A stretch of 64,000 nucleotides of DNA from assembly GCA_951406725.2 (NCBI GenBank), contig OX597825.1, positions 8,990,001 through 9,054,000 of the forward strand. Reading direction: 5' to 3'. Below are positions 13,647 through 27,470 of this stretch, piece by piece. A program made the position numbers and the translations under genes. The notes under the pieces were generated by a model. That model ran no database searches and was not told where the DNA came from. It saw only the letters and a program-made list of their open reading frames with translations. The DNA is from Octopus vulgaris. Its lineage: Eukaryota. The stretch's first letter is position 1; each line of letters begins with the position of its first letter.

Positions 13647-14976
13647 TGCTGATGTGAATATATATATATACATACACACACACACACACCTTCACACAAG
13701 CAGGCACAGTTACTCATGCACAAATATGTGTGCGTACGTATCTATAAATATGCATATAGTTATTTATCATCGACTGATTTTCACTTTTAATTTAAAATCA
13801 TTTGCCACTTCATATAATGTTTATTTTTCTTTCCTTTCTCGAATTCCTTCGTTTATTTCAGCTCGCTCTGGTATATACAGTTAGTCGTGTGCCTACATGT
13901 GCGGCTTCTTATAATAGCGTACATGAATACTACACATTCTGTTTTGTCATTCTTCATTATAAAATTTGCCCATGTAAAAATACTGAGAAGTAATAATATA
14001 CTTCGGTAAAATAATATTTTAACAGAGTCTACGTATTTCGTGTTCGCTAATTAATCAAATAAATTAGACACAGATATGGGATAGGAGGTAAATAAATGAG
14101 CTTTGTTTAAAATTTTAAGGTTTAATATTTTAGCAATATGAGGAAAAACACGCTTCTCTTTAAATATAGAAGAGCTAAAAATATTTATGAACAAACTTAA
14201 TTAGATTTCTTGTCAAGAAAATAACAACTTATTTCCAGGAAAGTTTATTTGGTATCCTCATTAATTTTCGGACATTTTTGGAAGAACAAAATGACAAAAA
14301 AATAAATATATATATATATATACAACTATTATATTTTATTAAACTTTTGCTCGTTTCAAGATCAAAATAACTTGTTGAAAGTAGGCGTAATCACAATTGA
14401 AAATGCAATATGCTTCAGCAGAAATAGCTCAACTATGAAGAAAATACTGCAACAAGCAAACATCTTTGCAAACGAAAAATAATTTTATTTTCAAAACTTG
14501 ATGTATCATTTACACACTCGAATCTACATCTCTCATTTACACACTTCATATATAGGTAACCAAATTAGGTAATACTATAACTTTGAAGTAATTATTCCTA
14601 TAGTCACTGTGCGCCTGCGTTTGTTATGTAGGCGCAATATACTTATTTCTACATCATATTCACGGATGTAACATAAATGTCATATAGGTTTTCAAATTGT
14701 AACAAGCGGGAACACAGATATATCTGAAGAGAATTTTCTTTAAGACAAATAATGTATACGGAATGCATTTCATCGTTGATCATATCTCACCGTTAAAATT
14801 GCAAAGTAAACATTTCTCTATGACATTTTACCAAATTTTGTAGAGAAATTCTGTTCTAAACATGAAAAATGCGTTGACACGAACAAGCTACGGACAATTT
14901 CACCTGGTGTAAATTAAAACTAAGCGAAGTATATATATTCTTTGATTATATATATATAAATATATATGTGTATATA

Positions 14977-15042
<66 letters not shown>

Positions 15043-15363
15043 CAAAGAAGAAGAAAGAGAGCAAACGAAGGAGATAGGGAGAAGATATATATATACATAT
15101 ACACATATATATAGACAGATAGATACATACACAGATACACACATACATACATACATTCATACATACATGCATACATACATACATACATACATACATACAT
15201 ACATACATACATACATACATACATACATACATACATACATGCACAATATTTTGTCTCTTTATTTCAGTACGAAATATGTCCTTCTGGCACTTATATGGTC
15301 CTTGACTCTACATCACATTCGCACCTTTCCCTTCATTTGTTTTTCCTTCTACTTCGCTACAAA

Positions 15364-15421
<58 letters not shown>

Positions 15422-15776
15422 TATCTTTCTCTCTCACTCTGTCTCTCTCTCTTTCTTTCTTTCTTTCTCTCTCTTAATAGTTTGCAACTATGTAAAGAAA
15501 CTCCATCAATTGTAGCGAGCCACTCAAGTACAGAAAATAATTTGTGTTGCTCTTTTCTTAAAATATCTTGTCCACACACATCACCACATTCATAATGGAT
15601 TGTATTCTAGTTGTATATATACAGATATACATATAGATACAGATACATTGATAGATAGATAGATTATCTTAATATGTTTGTCATATCTCTTTCGATTGCT
15701 GTCTTTCTTCCTGTTTCATTCTTTATACAGGCGCACACACACATACTATATATATATATATATTTCCTTAGCCTAT

Positions 15777-15811
15777 GTTTCCGACGAAGAGCTCCGCTCG
15801 AAACGTTAAAC
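15777..15811 (+). ncRNA. Minimal type I hammerhead motif (core variant) within a short repeat (~15765-15912)
   Basis: GTTT CCGACGA A GAGC TCC GCTC GAAAC GTT AAAC: perfect stems I and II, palindromic AACGTT in place of stem III, core U4>C. Confidence 0.7.
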
Positions 15812-15908
15812 CCGCCTTCTTTCCTTCTTTCGTGAGCATCCAATAATACTATATTTGTTCCACGTCTTCGCGTTGTTGTGCTTTTTTGTGCTTTCATGTT
15901 CGGATTAT

Positions 15909-15976
<68 letters not shown>

Positions 15977-15992
15977 ATGTATGCATACATAT

Positions 15993-16046
<54 letters not shown>

Positions 16047-16287
16047 TATATAGTATATACTAAATGAATGCGAGCATATGTGGTTATGTATGCGTGTTAT
16101 GTACGCGAAAGGCTCTGATATGGTGAGGCCTGGAGGAAACCGATTTAATTTTCAAAACATGCGTCCATAAAGAGTGTCGTCCTTAAATGATATTAAAAAT
16201 ACATAATTTGCTATAAGAAATAACTCTACTTTTAGATCGACAGCTCTCACACTTTCTATTTTGCATACTCAACCTTTCTCTCTCAAA

Positions 16288-16332
<45 letters not shown>

Positions 16333-17476
16333 TTCTCTCATTACTCTGTATCTTTCTTTCTATATATGCCTTATCTCTCACGCACTACTTTCATTTTGCT
16401 TCAAACGTCTTCCAATGTTTACTCTCATCTTGTTTTATGATTCGCTAAAATGATCAAATTTTAAAAGTTTGTAATAATTTCCTATCATTTTTCTGGAACA
16501 AATAAATCACTAACTCAGATTTAGCGTCAAAAATGTACATCACTATCCAAAAATAGGAAATTTTTCAGTTAATTTTAAGCTTTCAAAATCTGTGACAGTA
16601 ATAGAGAAGATCTCTCCATCACTTTTGCCTTTTGCTTTTTTCAAGGAAAATTTTACGCAACTCTCTCTCACGCTACATAAAATTGTATAGCTCACGCTGT
16701 GTGTGTGTGTAAGAAAGAGAGAGAGAGAGTTTGTGTGTCTGTGTTTGTGTGTGTGTGTATCTGTGTTTGTCAGTATATGTGTATACGTGTGCAAGGAATT
16801 TCTTTAAAGCGTCACAGATATTTTAAAAGAGCATACAAAAGTTAATTTGTTCTAAACGAGGGAGAAAGGAGAGTGTGCTAGATGAACATCTAAATTTCCC
16901 TTAAATCACACATCTTTCCGTCTGAAAGTGATTTTGAAATTAGAAACAAATGGCAGATTCGAGATGACGGTCTTTCAGACTATAATTAAGAATAATTTCG
17001 AAAAGAGCGAAACTTCAGGATTTATGGTGAAGGCAGGGTTAACGAAGACATTTTTAAAATATCGGCATTGTTTTTATGTTAAAATTAAAGGATCTGCGGA
17101 TTGTAATAGTAACCACCGATTTCCAATTTTTGCTTTCTTCTAATCTTAAAATTGTCCATCATCTATTATAAATGCGTAGTGCAAAATAAATTAAAAAGAC
17201 CAAAATCGGTCCTCGGTGGTAGAAGGAGTCTGAAAAAATCAGGAATGTTTAAAACGTTTTTTCAAGCAAAGGCGTCTCCCATATTATAAAATGCATAATG
17301 CAAACACAATTGGACAAAATCGGCCCAGAAGCGTGGAAGGAGGGATAATGCTCCTACACATCCTATACAATGGTGTAGTAAAAGTATTTGAAAAATCCCT
17401 CAGAACGGTGAAAATACATAGTTCGCCTTTATATTCCGTTGTGAAGACACCCCGGCAACAATTGGAAATACAACTA

Positions 17477-17525
<49 letters not shown>

Positions 17526-17560
17526 TGTGTGCCAGTGTGCATATATGTATAAATAGTGTG

Positions 17561-17915
17561 GCACTCTGTCGGTTACGACGACTAGGGTTCCAGTTGTTCT
17601 GATCAACGGAAGAGGTTGCCCGTGAAATTAACGTACAAGTGGCTGAGCACTCCACAGACACGTGTACCCTTAACGTAGTTATCGGGGAGACTCAGCGTGA
17701 CGCAGAGCGTGACAAAGATGGCCCTCTGAGATGCAAGTACAACATAAACAGGAAAAAAGAATGAGAGAAGGTTGTGTTAAAAGAGTACGGCAGGGGGCGT
17801 CAACAGTCCTTGCGGGAGCCTCGCGGAGTTTTCAGTTATTTTACTCAATAAATACGCACAAAGCCGGGTCTGGGAATCAAACTGCTGCTCTAACCACTGG
17901 GTCATTGCACCTCCA
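17561..17915 (-). mobile_element. SINE family B (tRNA-derived)
   Basis: Homologous to 30221-30590 and 57529-57893. Minus-strand head TGACCCAGTGGTTAGAGCAGC...TTTGATTCCC. Possible TSD TGTATAWATAG. Confidence 0.9.
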
Positions 17916-18075
17916 CTGTATATATAGATGGGATACGCCCAGCCTATACACACACCCACACATAACTATGTGTGTGCGTGTGTAGAGGTTGGACGTATCC
18001 TATCTATCTCTTTTGTTTCCGCATTTCATGTTGTTTAAGGTTTGTGACGTCGTGTACCCGTATACCCGTATATAC

Positions 18076-18136
<61 letters not shown>

Positions 18137-18152
18137 TATATGTATATATATA

Positions 18153-18210
<58 letters not shown>

Positions 18211-20297
18211 ATTATTTATATTATTATTTGTTTGAATCCCACGCATCCATTTCCAAGTAAGTTTATCTTAATCTTTTTGATGCGAATCTACCCTATATTT
18301 TTCTCACCCTCTAACGTTTACTCTCTCATCATTTCTCTAATTCCTTTTTCTCCCCTTCACCAGTTTTTATCTGTCTTTCTCCCCCTCTTTCTACTTTACT
18401 CTCTCTTTATATCTTGTTGCTCTCACGTGACCACCTTCCATCTTTCTTTTCCTCACGTCATCATCTTTCTTTTCTCTCAGGACTGTATCCTATCTATCTC
18501 TCGCTTCTATCTTTTTCTTCTGTCAAAGAAAATCTTTCTCCAATGTCCGCTATTTTACCCTCGTTCTGGTCTAACGACTCTCGAAGTTACAATTTAATAT
18601 AATATGAGTATACGAAAAACTTCTTCATTGAAGACAAAACAGATTTCTATCAGCTATCTAAATCAAGTTATATATTTTTTTATATAATTAAAAATTAAAC
18701 ATTCAGCATTTTGAGAAACATCACGTATTTCTAATCATTTGAACATTATTATTTTTTTAAAACAACCTATTTAAATACTCACTATTTTTTCTAATTAAGG
18801 TAGTTATAATTTCCTTCTAATTCAGCATAATTTGTATAGCAGTTTATACATAGTGAATTTATCGTCTTGTATAGGGACCAGCATTTTAACAGATAAACAA
18901 TCAAAGCAAACAATATGAGAAAAAAATTCTATTTTAACAGTTCGAAATTTATTTCTGTAAATATTGAATCTCTGATAATTTCAATGCAAGTTTGATATAT
19001 TTTGCTTTTTTTAAATTTTCTCCTGCCATTACTAATGTCGCTTCGAACTGCAGGAAGACGACAAAAATAACCCGCTGTGCCGAATGAAGAAAAATATTTG
19101 ATAACATCTTGAGTGCTGTATTTTAAAATGTCGACAAAAATGAAATGGGAATATACAGAAATAAGGAGCCATTTTCTATAATATTTACATAAACAAATCT
19201 AGTCGTCCATTTGTGGTTTCATCGGTTTTCTTCCCCGGGCTTTTATTCACATTAATAAAGTCAGTTGTCAACTGAATTATTATTAGGTCATTGTATTTGA
19301 AAATAATCGTCGTAGTGTCGCCAGAACTATCGACGTGTCTTTCAGAATGTAGTGATATGAACTCTATATTCGCAAAATAGGCCAAAAAGTAATTTTTTTC
19401 ATTTATTATATTCCCTTCCATACGAATCAACTGTTTTTCTTTCTAAATTATTTCTGTTATTTTTCTCAAGAAAGGTTTTTAAAAAGATATACGTGTATGC
19501 GTGGCTGCATTTTTTATATATATATACATATATATATATATAAATATATATATACATATGTATTGATATATATATGTATATATATATATTTATATGTATA
19601 TATATATTTACATATATATATATTTATATGAGTGTATATTTGTTTGTCTCTATGTGTGTGTGTATGTATGTATGTATGTATGTAAGTATGTATGTATGCA
19701 TGTATGTATGTATGCATGTATGTATGTATGTATGTAAGTATGTATGTATGTATGTATGTATGCATGTATGTATGTATGCATGTATGTATGTATGTATGTA
19801 TGCATGTATGTATGTATGCATGTATGTATGCCTGTATGTATGTATGCATATATGCACTAGAATACAGTTTCAAAGGACATTATGAAGACTACGAAGTATA
19901 TATTTTGTATTCCTCTCTATAAACACGTTTATAAATATATAATTCACATAGAGAGTTATTGCGTGCCAAGAAAAGAAGATATTCAAAAAGAACCGTGTTT
20001 CAAGAATCAATAAAAACTGAATAAACCGAACATTACTGTTAAATAATATTTCAACAATATCTACATAAAATAATTTCTGTCGCGTGAGAGAAGAATATAT
20101 TTCCACGAAGTAAAATGTGATATTTATTCATAGGATAGGGATAATATATTACCACTGTTGAAATGCTTTACATACATACATACATACATTCATATATATA
20201 TATATACAAACATACATACACACATACGTGCATACATACATCAGAGATATATAGATGCATGCTTATAGATACACACCACACACCGCACATATATATG

Positions 20298-20384
<87 letters not shown>

Positions 20385-20452
20385 CTCTTACAATGTAATC
20401 ATCGATATATTGGCCCCATATATGTCTATATGCACACAAACACGCGATCACA

Positions 20453-20502
<50 letters not shown>

Positions 20503-21484
20503 AACACACACATATATATATATATTAATATTAATATAAACTCACATTTATATAGATATATACATAGACAGATAGGTATCCTATTTGTCCATGAATATAT
20601 GTATGTGTATGTCACGTATGTATATATGTATGGGTAGCTTTGTTAACTCAATGGCATGTTACCTACTTTAAAAGTCTACTACTTCAATATCATACAGAGC
20701 CGAACTGCAAAACGCAACAAAGCATAAGCATTTACACATCTCATATAGTTTTCTGCTTTTTTAAATGTGTTACTAAATATCCAGTTTGTTTGCTATACAT
20801 ACATGGTTGCGTCAGATTGTCCTTTTTACAGTTCAACCAGGTGCAAAAGCCGTAATTGGAGTGTAATCCCAATCACTTGCCGCCACTGCACTACTCTGAG
20901 ACAAGACATTTAACCACACTTTTGAAAGGTTCGTTGCAGTAATCAATAGCGAAAAACATACCACTTGGAAAATTACTAAAACATATGCCATGGTGACAAA
21001 AGAACCCCGGAATCGACTATCACAATTCGCGGAGCTCTCGCGAAAAATTTCATTAGAGTTTCTAATGGACATATTTTAGAATAAGAACATTAAGAAACGA
21101 GTGAAGAATGAATATAGAGTCCGTATGTTTATTTGGCAAATAGCTAAAGCAATAGTTATACCAGTTCTAATAAAACTCCAGGGTGCATCCCGTAATAGGC
21201 TACATAAAGAGACTTCAAGAATATAAAACTCCAAGAGAAATATGCACACAGCTATTAGAACTAGTCATTATTCAATGTATACACGCAATCCACAAACGAT
21301 CATGGGTCTGTAGCATGTAACACGTATTTGTTAAACGTTTTGCTAGAAGTTTTGCCATCGTAGAAAACGTAGAAACCAGTCCCATCGACCCAGAGATACA
21401 TGAAATTAAATGAGCTGGATTAAGGATTCGCCACATTTCGTGACGACTGCTGCAAAGTGAAACGAAATGCCTTGCTTTATGAAT

Positions 21485-22300
21485 CGCGGTCTGATCAATA
21501 AGTACCCGGATTGATGCAATAGTAACGAAACAAAAGCACGCAGAGTAGAGCTGCTTGGCACAGATCTTGAACTCTGCTTTGCATGCGCACTAAATTTTAA
21601 AGTTGCAGCACACTTCCACTGTTTATAGCAGTGTTTAGAAGGAAGGTGTGTAGCGTGTGCTCCTCGCATTGAACATTCACACAGAAAGTTGAGCAGAGAA
21701 TCTGCATCAAGTTTTCCCAAAACCTGCTCAGAGATCAACGCAAACATTTCAAAACGTTTTCATCGTTCTCGGCACAATCAAGGAGAAACATGAATGATTT
21801 TTTTTCTGGTTAGCTGAAAGCAGTTTTGGAACAAATTGTAACAAATCTGCACATCCTCTGGTAACTCACGGATGCTGATTTAATGATTTTCCTTCACAGC
21901 TGCACGTACATCGGCAATGTTTTTCTCAGCTCTGCTGGTTGCGGGTCTCTCAGAATGTTCGTCAATATGAACATTTTTTCGGTCATGATAGGAACGTCTG
22001 AACCACTGTGGACTTCTGTGCGGCTCATACACTTCTCCTCCAAACACTTTCCGTAACTTTGTGTAGGCCTCTGAGCAGGTATCGCCATAATATTTTTTTC
22101 TCTTATGTTCAATGCGGCGATCACACGCTACACACCTTCATTCCGAGCTCCGCTGTAAAGAGAGAAAATAAGCTAGAAAGGTAAAACTTAATACGCATGC
22201 ACAACAGTTGTCAAGGTCAATCTTTTCCCAGTAGCTTCGCTCTGCGTACTTTAACTTCGTTTCTATGGCAATAGTCCGTGTATTTATTAATCAGACCTTG
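21485..22300. mobile_element. Non-autonomous fold-back mariner derivative with ~200-bp inverted arms
   Basis: Termini GGTCTGATCAATAAGTACCCGG / CCGTGTATTTATTAATCAGACC. Left arm runs into the transposase start (KVEQRICIKF). Interior (minus strand) encodes a decayed HTH region (PATSRAEKNIADVRAAV..ISIREL). Confidence 0.85.
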
Positions 22301-22449
22301 CGAATTACACCACTCGTTCCAGGAAATGAAACCACACCATGATCGTTAGCAAATCACCGATCGCCCAAGCCAGTGGTCCACCAACCGTTTCAGGTGCGTA
22401 TGCATGTATGATATATATATATATATATATGTGTGTGTGTATATGTATG

Positions 22450-22482
<33 letters not shown>

Positions 22483-23162
22483 ATGTATGTATATATATAT
22501 ATATATATATATGCGTATATGTAAGAGCGAGAGTGCGCGCTCTTATGTGTGTGTGCGTATGAGGCTCCGTGTGTAAGTGCGTATATCCTTATAAACACGT
22601 ATATATACATTCAACATATATATGTCTGTGTACGCGCGCGCAATGGCATATATGTGTGTCTGTGTGTCCGTGTGTTTGTAATAGTGCATATGCTTATATA
22701 TTTGCACTTTAAGTGTTTCATCAATATTACTCATTTTTCTTTAATTTTCCTGAACATTGTATTGTAAGAACAGACAGCTCCAACGTATACAGAAATGTAG
22801 CATTTCATATTTATGCGGATAGTGTAGGATAAAAAGAAACATATACCGAGATAAATATAGCTGTACACAATATAGTAAGAAAAATGTAAGAAATATGAAT
22901 GCATAAAAGTGTTGGGTCTGTATCGATATCTCTTAACTCACAGGTGAATCATTTTCCCAATGAAAGCACTGTATTAAAGTACGCGAATGAAATACCAAAA
23001 ATATGACTACTGATCGTTGATAAGCATTGTTATATATTTTACAAAAGGCTTCCTTCCATTTCACACAGAACTATCAGCTTATCATTAAATATTAGAGAAT
23101 AGCTAGATAACATTATCATATATGGATAAGTAAATATATGTTTAGGTACTATCCAGATTATC

Positions 23163-23384
23163 TTATTCTTTTACTTCTGTCAGTCATTTCACAGCGACCA
23201 TGCTGGAGCACCGCCTGTAGACGAATAAATCAACGCCTAGACTTGTTCTTTGTAAGCCAAGTACTTGTTATATCGGGTTTGTTTGGCGAACCGCTATGTG
23301 AATGGGACGTAAACACACCAACATCAGTTGTCAAGCGACGGTCGCGGGATAAACAGAAACACACAAATACACACACACTCACAA

Positions 23385-23429
<45 letters not shown>

Positions 23430-23528
23430 CATATATACAAACACACCCAAACACACCCACAAAGATTTTGCCCAAGGTACCATATGGGTGGGAAGCAAGC
23501 TTCTTACCAACGCAGCTACTCCTACGCC
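23163..23528 (-). mobile_element. SINE family A, internally deleted
   Basis: 3' tail CAGTCATT..GCGACCATGCTGGAGCACCGCC and head CTTCTTACCAAC..CCTACGCC match the other copies in reverse. Confidence 0.85.
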
Positions 23529-23562
23529 TACTTACGAACACAAAAGTGTACGTGTGTATATG

Positions 23563-23594
<32 letters not shown>

Positions 23595-23625
23595 CATATA
23601 TTAATATACACATATACATAAATGC

Positions 23626-23704
<79 letters not shown>

Positions 23705-23873
23705 TATATATACTGTATTTAAAGCAGCTGCAAATTCAAAAAAACCTGTTACTCTGAGTTTCACGTTGCCGTTCATCGGACATTTTTTGCTAGAAAAAAC
23801 TGGCATATTACTCTACCACTGGTATTTGAGTACTGTTTTTTCCACCTTGTTTCACATTTATGTGTTTACTCCG

Positions 23874-24012
<139 letters not shown>

Positions 24013-24764
24013 GTGAGAGAGAGAGAGATGGATATGTATTAATTTATACAAGCGTGTATACACGCTTTTTAAATGTGTTGTGTTTCTGTGTCTGTCCAGC
24101 GTGCGTGTTCAATATGATAGCAACTACAAATCCACGCTCTTATTTTGAATGCTTCAATTCTTTGATTTTCTGGTTATTTTGTACGGTAAACACACGATAT
24201 CCGATCGACAAATATTCGTAATTACACCATATCTCTATCGAGAAATACAAACAAATTTACACACCATTTTAACAACAATCTTTTCAATATTGTAACAAAC
24301 CCGAATCTTCTCGTGTATTCCCATACAATACTCATGACAACAGATATTTTGTTCATAAGATTCTTTATTTTATTTGCTGTTTTTACTTCTATTTCAATTT
24401 TCGTACAAAGCAAAATCAAATTAAGTACTTTTGTCCATTTCGACATGATTAAATATCCAATATAAAATCAAACTGATAAATAGTCAGAAGTATTTAACAA
24501 CAACAAACAAACAACGAAGAACAATTAACAACAACAAACAACAATAACAGCAGCGGAAATGCAGAGAAACGTTACATTGCCGTCACAACACGCCTACAAT
24601 AATCGCAGTGTGTCTCATAGTGAAACCGACCAGGTAATCTCCTTAACGCATGTTGCATTTGTTTCGAATTGAAAACATTCCTACCTCGTGTCTAAATCTC
24701 ATTGCTAAAAGACTAGTTCATCTTTTTTGAAAACAGTCCAGAGACACAAATTCAAAGCAAACAA

Positions 24765-25150
24765 GGCGTAGGAATGGCTGTGTGGTAAATAGATCGTTTG
24801 CGAACCACATGTTTCCGGGTACAGTCCCACTGCGAGGCATCTTGGGTAAGTGTCTTCTACTATAGCCTCGGGTCGACCAAAGCCTTGTGAGTAGATTTGG
24901 TAGGCGGTAACTGAAAGAAGCCCGTGGTATATATGTATATATATATATGTGTGTGTGTTTGTGTGTCTGTGTTTGTCCTCCCAACATCGCTTGACAACCG
25001 ATGCTGGTGTTTTTACGTCACCGGTTCGCCAAAAGAGACCGATATAATAAGTACTAGGCTTACAAAGAATAAGTCCTGGGGTCGGTTTGCTCGACTAAAG
25101 GCGGTGCTCCAGCATGGCCACAGTCAAATGACTGAAACAAGTAAAAGAGT
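24765..25150 (+). mobile_element. SINE family A, full length (tRNA head, CORE-like segment, internal TA/TG microsatellite, 3' tail)
   Basis: A box TGGCTGTGTGG, B-box-like GGTACAGTCCC, CORE-like GGCATCTTGGGTAAGTG, tail ending AAACAAGTAAAAGAG. Confidence 0.92.
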
Positions 25151-25499
25151 AAGCAAATTACTCCTTCATACCGTACCATAATTAAGCAGGTGGATAAAAT
25201 TTTGCTGGTTTTGTTTTTGCATTAATTTTTTTTATTTTCGATTTGTTTATACACACACACACACACACACACGCACACACACACACACACACACACATAC
25301 ACACAAGTGATTAAGTTTATAGATTAATGACATTTTCACTCCGCCCCACAGAGTGCCAACTTTAAATATTTAAAGGATTCGTTCTGATGACGTCTAGTGA
25401 TCGAGACTTCATGTTTTAAAGAGACAAATTTCTATGCTTGAAAGATATCTTTCCGATACATTTACCAATTGACAAAGTGTGTACTTCCCCACTTACCTC

Positions 25500-26300
25500 C
25501 ATCCGTGCTAAATATTCTCCTTCTTCAGATGTTAGTGTAATAATAATGTTTTGACCGGAAGCGGAACCGCCTACTCAACGGATTCTGTTAGTTTGAATGA
25601 AGTGGTCTTTTCCGCTAATCTCAGAAAAGCAATCGATATCGAAAATGGTTTTAGCAGGAAATAGTAATTGTGATGCTCATCCTTTTTGTCGTATGTAATA
25701 TTATTCACCTTGCTTTCGATCGCTTATTATTCAACGTTTATATACATATGGCCGTTTTCTTCAATATAGCAAGCTACCCAATATTTTCCACAGTTCCTGT
25801 GGAACTTTGTTTATAGCAGACATATAGGACGAAAATTTTCCATGTAGGAATAATAAAAATTGTTGTTGTCGTTAGGATGCTTATTGAAGCGTTCGTCAGG
25901 TTTCATGTCTGAGAAAAATTCACCCCACCCCTTCAATAATTCTAAAGATCAATTATGCCAGACTGCATAAGGACTTCTTTCGGATTTCTTTCGTCTGTAA
26001 CATTGAGTGCACACTTGAATGTTAGTTGCTTGTAATTTCGGTTGCCATTTCGTCAATAACATCGTAAGGCAGCGAAGCCAAAAAATTCATCACATACCAC
26101 TGTTAAGTTCCAGTTTGGTACGGAGAATCAACTCATGTAAGAAATTTTACGTGCAACCTTAACGTGAATGTTATTATTTACCAAGATTACGAATTAAATT
26201 TATCTTTACATTGTAGTGAACTAGCCCCTGAAATCATGTCTGAAAGGAAACACTTCGAATCCCGCTTAAATATTTCGCTGATCTGCTCTCAGGTATCCCA
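25500..26300 (-). mobile_element. Very decayed LINE RT remnant
   Basis: Minus-strand translation near 25850 gives ENFRPICLL (RT NYRPISLL-like). Boundaries are guesses. Confidence 0.3.
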
Positions 26301-26753
26301 TTTCTGAGTGATAGCGGCCACCCTCGTGCATGGCGTTGTTCACCCAGAGATCTGAACCAAACGGAACCCTAATCAAATTAACTGGCTCGTTCGATTATGG
26401 ACAAAATTCTTGTTATGTGACATCAGGTGCCGAGTTGTATAAACTATACTGTATAGAATACAAAGAAAATCAAAGACAGACTTGGTAGTAATGTTATAAT
26501 CACTGATTAACAACTAGAATAGAACTAACTGCACAAAATACAGACAGGAATGCTTTAGTTGTACACGTAATGATTTACAGTTGCAAGTTTCTTAATGTAA
26601 TACTGAACAAAGTGATTAAACTATTCAGAGCAAGAAAAACGCTCAGTATATTTTGAATCACACACTACTCGCTCAGGAACTTATGCATGTAGTAAGCAAT
26701 AACAAAACTATATTGCATGAATACCAGATATATGTAGTATTGAATCATGGCAA

Positions 26754-26812
<59 letters not shown>

Positions 26813-26999
26813 AAACGTGGAAAAAAAATCAATCTGCTTTCTGTCTTTATGCAAACCAACAATTTCTCCGCAGAGGCGGCAAAACTAAATTATGAATAAA
26901 ATGTAGAACTACTCGATATCCTATGTTGCGAAATCCTAAATGACAATAGGGCTGTCGGTTCTGTTGATAAAAAATATACACATTAAGTCGTTATGTAGT

Positions 27000-27470
27000 C
27001 AATACTGGAAAAAGCTGAAGAGAATGGAAATAGGCAATGAAGAATCACAACACTGGCTAAAATGTGTGAAACTTAAAGCAGAAACATAATGGTGTTTGGT
27101 TGTAAGACAGTCGTTAAACAACCAGTATTCTCTGTAGGATATAAGGAAATAGAATATAGTAAATAAATTCATAATATGTGCAGATAGGGAAGAAACTTTT
27201 GATCTGCCTGTTCATTTAAAGCCAAGATGAGAACATCGGCCCTCATTAGATATTTGAGATTTAAATACACCGGAAGCATTTTCAAATATCAGCAGAATGA
27301 AGATGGCATTGTCACATACCAGAAAATGATCTTGCTGAATTGCAAAGCAACGATGGTGTGGGATATGAAAATGCAACAAGAAAAGAAATGTATTTTACCG
27401 ATATATCAGTCCCCATAGTTTATAACATATCACTGAATGACACGATGAAGTCACCTGAATGTCAAACACC
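27000..27470 (+). mobile_element. Decayed R4/Dong-like non-LTR retrotransposon, C-terminal (zinc knuckle/RLE) region
   Basis: Frame-shifted remnants WLKCVKLKAET, HIPEN, ATMVWDMKMQ, KKC and TDISVP resemble WL..G.LK.ETE, TILWDM.I.TD and C.LIDISVP of R4-clade ORFs. Confidence 0.6.

Noticed and set aside
16117-17286. Possible old DNA transposon bounded by ATATGGTGAGGCCT / AGGCGTCTCCCATAT
   Set aside because: Terminal similarity is too weak and there is no TSD or transposase trace.
24718-25181. Recurring ORFs such as MLGGQTQTH.. / ..RLTKNKSWGR.. (also at 45.3, 50.6 and 56.7 kb)
   Set aside because: Translations of SINE family A copies, not a paralogous gene family.
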